Below, in pieces: positions 1 through 10,200 of a stretch of 46,078 nucleotides of DNA. The stretch is from Squalus acanthias (Eukaryota): the NCBI GenBank assembly GCA_030390025.1, contig JASTWF010000324.1:496001-542078 (forward strand). Reading direction: 5' to 3'. How positions within the stretch are numbered: position 1 is the first letter of the stretch; each line of letters opens with the position of its first letter. Under the pieces are notes generated by a model. It was given only the letters and a program-made list of their open reading frames with translations. It ran no database searches and was not told where the DNA came from. The translations under genes were made by a program, and so were the position numbers.

Positions 1-129
1 CTCTGATTCTCTCTCAGTCTCTCTGATTCTCTCTCAGTCTCTGATTCTCTCTCCGTCTCTCTGATTCTCTCTCAGTCTCTCTGATTCTCTCTCAGTCTCT
101 GATTCTCTCTCAGTCTCTGATTCTCTCTC

Positions 130-3100
130 AGTCTCTGATTCTCTCTCAGTCTCTCTGATTCTCTCTCAGTCTCTGATTCTCTCTCAGTCTCTGATTCTCT
201 CTCAGTCTCTCTGATTCTCTCTCAGTCTCTCTGATTCTCTCTCAGTCTCTCTGATTCTCTCTCAGTCTCTCTGATTCTCTCTCAGTCTCTCTGATTCTCT
301 CTCAGTCTCTCTGATTCTCTCTCAGTCTCTCTGATTCTCTCTGATTCTCTCTCAGTCTCTCCGTCTCTCTGATTCTCTCTCAGTCTCTGATTCTCTCTCA
401 GTCTCCGATTCTCTCTCGGTCTCTCATTCTCTCTCAGTCTCTCTGATTCTCTCTCAGTCTCTGATTCTCTCTCAGTCTCTGATTCTCTCTCAGTCTCTCT
501 GATTCTCTCTCAGTCTCTGATTCTCTCTCCGTCTCTCTGATTCTCTCTGATTCTCTCTCAGTCTCTCCGTCTCTCTGATTCTCTCTGATTCTCTCATCAG
601 TCTCTGATTCTCTCTCAGTCTCTGATTCTCTCTCAGTCTCTCTGATTCTCTCTCCGTCTCTCTGATTCTCTCTCAGTCTCTGATTCTCTCTCAGTCTCTC
701 TGATTCTCTCTCAGTCTCTCTGATTCTCTCTCCGTCTCTCTGATTCTCTCTCAGTCTCTCTGATTCTCTCTCAGTCTCTCTGATTCTCTCTCAGTCTCTG
801 ATTCTCTCTCAGTCTCTCTGATTCTCTCTCAGTCTCTCTGATTCTCTCTCAGTCTCTGATTCTCTCTCAGTCTCTGATTCTCTCTCAGTCTCTCTGATTC
901 TCTCTCAGTCTCTGATTCTCTCTCAGTCTCTCTGATTCTCTCTCAGTCTCTCTGATTCTCTCTCAGTTTCAATTCTCTCTCAGTCTCTCTGATTCTCTCT
1001 CAGTCTCTGATTCTCTCTCAGTCTCTCTGATTCTCTCTCAGTCTCTCTGATTCTCTCTCAGTCTCTGATTCTCTCTCAGTCTCTCTGATTCTCTCTCAGT
1101 CTCTGATTCTCTCTCAGTCTCTCTGATTCTCTCTCAGTCTCTCTGATTCTCTCTCAGTCTCTCTGATTCTCTCTCAGTCTCTGATTCTCTCTCAGTCTCT
1201 GATTCTCTCTCAGTCTCTCTGATTCTCTCTCAGTCTCTCTGATTCTCTCTCAGTCTCTGATTCTCTCTCAGTCTCTCTGATTCTCTCTCAGTCTCTCTGA
1301 TTCTCTCTCAGTCTCTCAGATTCTCTCTCAGTCTCTCTGATTCTCTCTCAGTCTCTGAATCTCTCTCAGTCTCTCTGATTCTCTCTCAGTCTCTGATTCT
1401 CTCTCAGTCTCTCTGATTCTCTCTCAGTCTCTCTGATTCTCTCTCAGTCTCTCTCTGATTCTCTCTCAGTCTCTCTGATTCTCTCTCAGTCTCTCTGACT
1501 CTCTCTCAGTCTCTCTGATTCTCTCTCAGTCTCTGATTCTCTCTAAGTCTCTCTGATTCTCTCTCAGTCTCTCTGATTCTCTCTCAGTCTCTCTGATTCT
1601 CTCTCAGTCTCTGATTCTCTCTCAGTCTCTCTGATTCTCTCTCAGTCTCTCTCTGATTCTCTCTCAGTCTCTCTGATTCTCTCTCAGTCTCTCTGACTCT
1701 CTCTCAGTCTCTCTGATTCTCTCTCAGTCTCTGATTCTCTCTAAGTCTCTCTGATTCTCTCTCAGTCTCTCTGATTCTCTCTCAGTCTCTCTGATTCTCT
1801 CTCAGTCTCTGATTCTCTCTCAGTCTCTCTGATTCTCTCTCAGTCTCTCTGATTCTCTCTCAGTCTCTCTGATTCTCTCTCAGTCTCTCTGATTCTCTCT
1901 CAGTCTCTCTGATTCTCTCTCAGTCTCTCTGATTCTCTCTCAGTCTCTCTGATTCTCTCTCAGTCTCTCTGATTCTCTCTCAGTCTCTGATTTTCTCTCA
2001 GTCTCTGATTCTCTCTCAGTCTCTCTGATTCTCTCTCAGTCTCTCTGATTCTCTCTCAGTCTCTGATTCTCTCTCAGTCTCTGATTCTCTCTCAGTCTCT
2101 CTGATTCTCTCTCAGTCTCTGATACTATCTCAGTCTCTTTGATTCTCTCTCAGTCTCTCTGATTCTCTCTCAGTCTCTCTGATTCTCTCTCAGTCTCTGA
2201 TTCTCTCTCAGTCTCTCTGATTCTCTCTCAGTCTCTGATTCTCTCTCAGTCTCTGATTCTCTCTCAGTCTCTGATTCTCTCTCAGTCTCTGATTCTCTCT
2301 CAGTCTCTCTGATTCTCTCTCAGTCTCTCTGATTCTCTCTCAGTCTCTCTGATTCTCTCTCAGTCTCTCTGATTCTCTCTCAGTCTCTCTGATTCTCTCT
2401 CAGTCTCTCTGATTCTCTCTCAGTCTCTGATTCTCTCTCAGTCTCTGATTCTCTCTCAGTCTCTCTGATTCTCTCTCAGTCTCTCTGATTCTCTCTCAGT
2501 CTCTGATTCTCTCTCAGTCTCTCTGATTCTCTCTCAGTCTCTCTGATTCTCTCAGTCTCTCTGATTCTCTCTCAGTCTCTCTGATTCTCTCTCAGTCTCT
2601 CTGATTCTCTCTCAGTCTCTCTGATTCTCTCTCAGTCTCTGATTCTCTCTCAGTCTCTCTGATTCTCTCTCAATCTCTCTGATTCTCTCTCAGTCTCTCT
2701 GATTCTCTCTCAGTCTCTCTGATTCTCTCTCAGTCTCTCTGATTCTCTCTCAGTCTCTGAATCTCTCTCAGTCTCTCTGATTCTCTCTCAGTCTCTGATT
2801 CTCTCTCAGTCTCTCTGATTCTCTCTCAGTCTCTCTGATTCTCTCTCAGTCTCTCTCTGATTCTCTCTCAGTCTCTCTGATTCTCTCTCAGTCTCTCTGA
2901 CTCTCTCTCAGTCTCTCTGATTCTCTCTCAGTCTCTGATTCTCTCTAAGTCTCTCTGATTCTCTCTCAGTCTCTCTGATTCTCTCTCAGTCTCTCTGATT
3001 CTCTCTCAGTCTCTGATTCTCTCTCAGTCTCTCTGATTCTCTCTCAGTCTCTCTGATTCTCTCTCAGTCTCTCTGATTCTCTCTCAGTCTCTCTGATTCT

Positions 3101-6100
3101 CTCTCAGTCTCTCTGATTCTCTCTCAGTCTCTCTGATTCTCTCTCAGTCTCTGATTCTCTCTCAGTCTCTGATTCTCTCTCAGTCTCTCTGATTCTCTCT
3201 CAGTCTCTGATTCTCTCTCAGTCTCTGATTCTCTCTCAGTCTCTCTGATTCTCTCTCAGTCTCTCTGATTCTCTCTCAGTCTCTGATTCTCTCTCAGTCT
3301 CTCTGATTCTCTCTCAGTCTCTCTGATTCTCTCAGTCTCTCTGATTCTCTCTCAGTCTCTCTGATTCTCTCTCAGTCTCTCTGATTCTCTCTCAGTCTCT
3401 CTGATTCTCTCTCAGTCTCTGATTCTCTCTCAGTCTCTGATTCTCTCTCAGTCTCTCTGATTCTCTCTCAGTCTCTCTGATTCTCTCTCAGTCTCTCTGA
3501 TTCTCTCTCAGTCTCTCTGATTCTCTCTCAGTCTCTCTGATTCTCTCTCAGTCTCTCTGATTCTCTCTCAGTCTCTCTGATTCTCTCTGATTCTCTCTCA
3601 GTCTCTCCGTCTCTCTGATTCTCTCTCAGTCTCTGATTCTCTCTCAGTCTCCGATTCTCTCTCAGTCTCTCATTCTCTCTCAGTCTCTCTGATTCTCTCT
3701 CAGTCTCTGATTCTCTCTCAGTCTCTGATTCTCTCTCAGTCTCTCTGATTCTCTCTGAGTCTCTGATTCTCTCTCCGTCTCTCTGATTCTCTCTGATTCT
3801 CTCTCAGTCTCTCCGTCTCTCTGATTCTCTCTGATTCTCTCATCAGTCTCTGATTCCCTCTCAGTCTCTGATTCTCTCTCAGTCTCTCTGATTCTCTCTC
3901 CGTCTCTCTGATTCTCTCTCAGTCTCTGATTCTCTCTCAGTCTCTCTGATTCTCTCTCAGTCTCTCTGATTCTCTCTCCGTCTCTCTGATTCTCTCTCAG
4001 TCTCTCTGATTCTCTCTCAGTCTCTCTGATTCTCTCTCAGTCTCTGATTCTCTCTCAGTCTCTCTGATTCTCTCTCAGTCTCTCTGATTCTCTCTCAGTC
4101 TCTGATTCTCTCTCAGTCTCTGATTCTCTCTCAGTCTCTCTGATTCTCTCTCAGTCTCTGATTCTCTCTCAGTCTCTCTGATTCTCTCTCAGTCTCTCTG
4201 ATTCTCTCTCAGTTTCAATTCTCTCTCAGTCTCTCTGATTCTCTCTCAGTCTCTGATTCTCTCTCAGTCTCTCTGATTCTCTCTCAGTCTCTCTGATTCT
4301 CTCTCAGTCTCTGATTCTCTCTCAGTCTCTCTGATTCTCTCTCAGTCTCTGATTCTCTCTCAGTCTCTCTGATTCTCTCTCAGTCTCTCTGATTCTCTCT
4401 CAGTCTCTCTGATTCTCTCTCAGTCTCTGATTCTCTCTCAGTCTCTGATTCTCTCTCAGTCTCTCTGATTCTCTCTCAGTCTCTCTGATTCTCTCTCAGT
4501 CTCTGATTCTCTCTCAGTCTCTCTGATTCTCTCTCAGTCTCTCTGATTCTCTCTCAGTCTCTCAGATTCTCTCTCAGTCTCTCTGATTCTCTCTCAGTCT
4601 CTGAATCTCTCTCAGTCTCTCTGATTCTCTCTCAGTCTCTGATTCTCTCTCAGTCTCTCTGATTCTCTCTCAGTCTCTCTGATTCTCTCTCAGTCTCTCT
4701 CTGATTCTCTCTCAGTCTCTCTGATTCTCTCTCAGTCTCTCTGACTCTCTCTCAGTCTCTCTGATTCTCTCTCAGTCTCTGATTCTCTCTAAGTCTCTCT
4801 GATTCTCTCTCAGTCTCTCTGATTCTCTCTCAGTCTCTCTGATTCTCTCTCAGTCTCTGATTCTCTCTCAGTCTCTCTGATTCTCTCTCAGTCTCTCTCT
4901 GATTCTCTCTCAGTCTCTCTGATTCTCTCTCAGTCTCTCTGACTCTCTCTCAGTCTCTCTGATTCTCTCTCAGTCTCTGATTCTCTCTAAGTCTCTCTGA
5001 TTCTCTCTCAGTCTCTCTGATTCTCTCTCAGTCTCTCTGATTCTCTCTCAGTCTCTGATTCTCTCTCAGTCTCTCTGATTCTCTCTCAGTCTCTCTGATT
5101 CTCTCTCAGTCTCTCTGATTCTCTCTCAGTCTCTCTGATTCTCTCTCAGTCTCTCTGATTCTCTCTCAGTCTCTCTGATTCTCTCTCAGTCTCTCTGATT
5201 CTCTCTCAGTCTCTCTGATTCTCTCTCAGTCTCTGATTTCTCTCAGTCTCTGATTCTCTCTCAGTCTCTCTGATTCTCTCTCAGTCTCTCTGATTCTCTC
5301 TCAGTCTCTGATTCTCTCTCAGTCTCTGATTCTCTCTCAGTCTCTCTGATTCTCTCTCAGTCTCTGATACTATCTCAGTCTCTTGATTCTCTCTCAGTCT
5401 CTCTGATTCTCTCTCAGTCTCTCTGATTCTCTCTCAGTCTCTGATTCTCTCTCAGTCTCTCTGATTCTCTCTCAGTCTCTGATTCTCTCTCAGTCTCTGA
5501 TTCTCTCTCAGTCTCTGATTCTCTCTCAGTCTCTGATTCTCTCTCAGTCTCTCTGATTCTCTCTCAGTCTCTCTGATTCTCTCTCAGTCTCTCTGATTCT
5601 CTCTCAGTCTCTCTGATTCTCTCTCAGTCTCTCTGATTCTCTCTCAGTCTCTCTGATTCTCTCTCAGTCTCTGATTCTCTCTCAGTCTCTGATTCTCTCT
5701 CAGTCTCTCTGATTCTCTCTCAGTCTCTCTGATTCTCTCTCAGTCTCTGATTCTCTCTCAGTCTCTCTGATTCTCTCTCAGTCTCTCTGATTCTCTCAGT
5801 CTCTCTGATTCTCTCTCAGTCTCTCTGATTCTCTCTCAGTCTCTCTGATTCTCTCTCAGTCTCTCTGATTCTCTCTCAGTCTCTGATTCTCTCTCAGTCT
5901 CTCTGATTCTCTCTCAATCTCTCTGATTCTCTCTCAGTCTCTCTGATTCTCTCTCAGTCTCTCTGATTCTCTCTCAGTCTCTGAATCTCTCTCAGTCTCT
6001 CTGATTCTCTCTCAGTCTCTGATTCTCTCTCAGTCTCTCTGATTCTCTCTCAGTCTCTCTGATTCTCTCTCAGTCTCTCTCTGATTCTCTCTCAGTCTCT

Positions 6101-6600
6101 CTGATTCTCTCTCAGTCTCTCTGACTCTCTCTCAGTCTCTCTGATTCTCTCTCAGTCTCTGATTCTCTCTAAGTCTCTCTGATTCTCTCTCAGTCTCTCT
6201 GATTCTCTCTCAGTCTCTCTGATTCTCTCTCAGTCTCTGATTCTCTCTCAGTCTCTCTGATTCTCTCTCAGTCTCTCTGATTCTCTCTCAGTCTCTCTGA
6301 TTCTCTCTCAGTCTCTCTGATTCTCTCTCAGTCTCTCTGATTCTCTCTCAGTCTCTCTGATTCTCTCTCAGTCTCTGATTCTCTCTCAGTCTCTGATTCT
6401 CTCTCAGTCTCTCTGATTCTCTCTCAGTCTCTGATTCTCTCTCAGTCTCTGATTCTCTCTCAGTCTCTCTGATTCTCTCTCAGTCTCTCTGATTCTCTCT
6501 CAGTCTCTGATTCTCTCTCAGTCTCTCTGATTCTCTCTCAGTCTCTCTGATTCTCTCAGTCTCTCTGCTTCTCTCTCAGTCTCTCTGATTCTCTCTCAGT
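130..6600. repeat. About 3.25-kb direct tandem segmental duplication inside the array (copy 1 about 130-3375, copy 2 about 3376-6600; boundaries approximate)
   Basis: Rare variants recur in the same order at offset 3246: CCGT 361/3607, GTTTCAATT 966/4212, GAATC 1357/4603, GACTC 1497/4743 and 1695/4941. The offset then drifts slightly: GATACTATCT 2121/5366, CAATCT 2671/5915, GAATC 2759/5983. Confidence 0.93.
1400..1795. repeat. 198-bp tandem duplication (ten monomers) marked by a 22-mer, GACTC and TAAG variants; repeated at about 4650-5040
   Basis: GACTC at 1497 and 1695, TAAG at 1544 and 1742 (offset 198). The same pairs occur at 4743/4941 and 4790/4988. Confidence 0.88.
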
Positions 6601-7200
6601 CTCTCTGATTCTCTCTCAGTCTCTCTGATTCTCTCTCAGTCTCTGATTCTCTCTCAGTCTCTCTGATTCTCTCTCAATCTCTCTGATTCTCTCTCAGTCT
6701 CTCTGATTCTCTCTCAGTCTCTCTGATTCTCTCTCAGTCTCTCTGATTCTCTCTCAGTCTCTGAATCTCTCTCAGTCTCTCTGATTCTCTCTCAGTCTCT
6801 GATTCTCTCTCAGTCTCTCTGATTCTCTCTCAGTCTCTCTGATTCTCTCTCAGTCTCTCTGATTCTCTCTCAGTCTCTCTGATTCTCTCTCAGTCTCTCT
6901 GACTCTCTCTCAGTCTCTCTGATTCTCTCTCAGTCTCTGATTCTCTCTAAGTCTCTCTGATTCTCTCTCAGTCTCTCTGATTCTCTCTCAGTCTCTCTGA
7001 TTCTCTCTCAGTCTCTGATTCTCTCTCAGTCTCTCTGATTCTCTCTCAGTCTCTCTGATTCTCTCTCAGTCTCTCTGATTCTCTCTCAGTCTCTCTGATT
7101 CTCTCTCAGTCTCTCTGATTCTCTCTCAGTCTCTCTGATTCTCTCTCAGTCTCTGATTCTCTCTCAGTCTCTGATTCTCTCTCAGTCTCTCTGATTCTCT
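5780..7200. repeat. About 760-780-bp tandem duplication within the array
   Basis: Short GATTCTCTCAG unit 5789/6549, CAATCT 5915/6675, GAATC 5983/6763, GACTC 6123/6901, TAAG 6170/6948. Confidence 0.85.
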
Positions 7201-10200
7201 CTCAGTCTCTCTGATTCTCTCTCAGTCTCTGATTCTCTCTCAGTCTCTGATTCTCTCTCAGTCTCTCTGATTCTCTCTCAGTCTCTGATACTATCTCAGT
7301 CTCTTTGATTCTCTCTCAGTCTCTCTGATTCTCTCTCAGTCTCTCTGATTCTCTCTCAGTCTCTGATTCTCTCTCAGTCTCTCTGATTCTCTCTCAGTCT
7401 CTGATTCTCTCTCAGTCTCTGATTCTCTCTCAGTCTCTGATTCTCTCTCAGTCTCTGATTCTCTCTCAGTCTCTCTGATTCTCTCTCAGTCTCTCTGATT
7501 CTCTCTCAGTCTCTCTGATTCTCTCTCAGTCTCTCTGATTCTCTCTCAGTCTCTCTGATTCTCTCTCAGTCTCTCTGATTCTCTCTCAGTCTCTGATTCT
7601 CTCTCAGTCTCTGATTCTCTCTCAGTCTCTCTGATTCTCTCTCAGTCTCTCTGATTCTCTCTCAGTCTCTGATTCTCTCTCAGTCTCTCTGATTCTCTCT
7701 CAGTCTCTCTGATTCTCTCAGTCTCTCTGATTCTCTCTCAGTCTCTCTGATTCTCTCTCAGTCTCTCTGATTCTCTCTCAGTCTCTCTGATTCTCTCTCA
7801 GTCTCTGATTCTCTCTCAGTCTCTCTGATTCTCTCTCAGTCTCTCTGATTCTCTCTCAGTCTCTCTGATTCTCTCTCAGTCTCTCTGATTCTCTCTCAGT
7901 CTCTGATTCTCTCTCAGTCTCTCTGATTCTCTCTCAGTCTCTGATTCTCTCTCAGTCTCTCTGATTCTCTCTCAGTCTCTCTGATTCTCTCTCAGTCTCT
8001 CTGATTCTCTCTCAGTCTCTCTGATTCTCTCTCAGTCTCTCTGATTCTCTCTCAGTCTCTGATTCTCTCTCAGTCTCTCTGACTCTCTCTCAGTCTCTCT
8101 GATTCTCTCTCAGTCTCTGATTCTCTCTCAGTCTCTCTGATTCTCTCTCAGTCTCTCTGATTCTCTCTCAGTCTCTCTGATTCTCTCTCAGTCTCTGATT
8201 CTCTCTCAGTCTCTGATTCTCTCTCAGTCTCTCTGATTCTCTCTCAGTCTCTCTGATTCTCTCTCAGTCTCTCTGATTCTCTCTCAGTCTCTCTGATTCT
8301 CTCTCAGTCTCTGATTCTCTCTCAGTCTCTCTGATTCTCTCTCAGTCTCTCTGATTCTCTCTCAGTCTCTCTGATTCTCTCTCAGTCTCTCTGATTCTCT
8401 CTCAGTCTCTCTGATTCTCTCTCAGTCTCTCTGATTCTCTCTCAGTCTCTGATTCTCTCTCAGTCTCTCTGATTCTCTCTCAGTCTCTCTGATTCTCTCT
8501 CAGTCTCTGATACTCTCTCAGTCTCTTTGATTCTCTCTCAGTCTCTCTGATTCTCTCTCAGTCTCTGATTCTCTCTCAGTCTCTCTGATTCTCTCTCAGT
8601 CTCTGATTCTCTCTCAGTCTCTGATTCTCTCTCAGTCTCTGATTCTCTCTCAGTCTCTCTGATTCTCTCTCAGTCTCTCTGATTCTCTCTCAGTCTCTGA
8701 TTCTCTCTCAGTCTCTGACTCTCTCTCAGTCTCTGATTCTCTCTCAGTCTCTCTGATTCTCTCTCAGTCTCTGATTCTCTCTCAGTCTCTCTGATTCTCT
8801 CTCAGACTCTCTGATTCTCTCTCAGTCTCTGATTCTCTCTCAGTCTCTCTGATTCTCTCTCAGTCTCTCTGATTCTCTCTCAGTCTCTGATTCTCTCTCA
8901 GTCTCTCTGATTCTCTCTCAGTCTCTCTGATTCTCTCTCTGTCTCTCTGATTCTCTCTCAGTCTCTCTGATTCTCTCTCAGTCTCTCTGATTCTCTCTCA
9001 GTCTCTGATTCTCTCTCAGTCTCTCTGATTCTCTCTCAGTCTCTCTGATTCTCTCTCTGTCTCTCTGATTCTCTCTCAGTCTCTCTGATTCTCTCTCAGT
9101 CTCTGATTCTCTCTCAGTCTCTGATTCTCTCTCAGTCTCTCTGATTCTCTCTCAGTCTCTGATTCTCTCTCAGTCTCTGATTCTCTCTCAGTCTCTCTGA
9201 TTCTCTCTCAGTCTCTGATTCTCTCTCAGTCTCTGATTCTCTCTCAGTCTCTGATTCTCTCTCAGTCTCTGATTCTCTCTCAGTCTCTCTGATTCTCTCT
9301 CAGTCTCTCTGATTCTCTCTCAGTTTCTCTGATTCTCTCTCAGTCTCTGATTCTCTCTCAGTCTCTCTGATTCTCTCTCAGTCTCTCTGATTCTCTCTCA
9401 GTCTCTGATTCTCTCTCAGTCTCTCTGATTCTCTCTCAGTCTCTCTGATTCTCTCTCAGTCTCTCTGATTCTCTCTCAGTCTCTCTGATTCTCTCTCAGT
9501 CTCTCTGATTCTCTCTCAGTCTCTCTGATTCTCTCTCAGTCTCTCTGATTCTCTCTCAGTCTCTGATTCTCTCTCAGTCTCTGATTCTCTCAGTCTCTCT
9601 GATTCTCTCTCAGTCTCTCTGATTCTCTCTCAGTCTCTGATTCTCTCTCAGTCTCTGATTCTCTCTCAGTCTCTGATTCTCTCTCAGTCTCTCTGATTCT
9701 CTCTCAGTCTCTCTGATTCTCTCTCAGTCTCTCTGATTCTCTCTCAGTCTCTGATTCTCTCTCAGTCTCTCTGATTCTCTCTCAGTCTCTCTGATTCTCT
9801 CTCAGTCTCTGATTCTCTCTCAGTCTCTCTGATTCTCTCTCAGTCTCTCTGATTCTCTCTCAGTCTCTCTGATTCTCTCTCAGTCTCTCTGATTCTCTCT
9901 CAGTCTCTGATTCTCTCTCAGTCTCTCTGATTCTCTCTCAGTCTCTCTGATTCTCTCAGTCTCTCTGATTCTCTCTCAGTCTCTCTGATTCTCTCTCAGT
10001 CTCTCTGATTCTCTCTCAGTCTCTCTGATTCTCTCTCAGTCTCTGATTCTCTCTCAGTCTCTCTGATTCTCTCTCAGTCTCTCTGATTCTCTCTCAGTCT
10101 CTCTGATTCTCTCTCAGTCTCTCTGATTCTCTCTCAGTCTCTCTGATTCTCTCTCAGTCTCTCTGATTCTCTCTCAGTCTCTGATTCTCTCTCAGTCTCT

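Noticed and set aside
1357..6950. Variants GAATC, GACTC and CTAAG preserve GANTC (HinfI/CcrM) and CTNAG (DdeI) motifs, hinting at selection on methylation or restriction sites
   Set aside because: There are few independent mutations, since the copies derive from duplication. Other variants (GATAC, CATTC, CAAT, CCGT) destroy the motifs, and nothing indicates a bacterial context.
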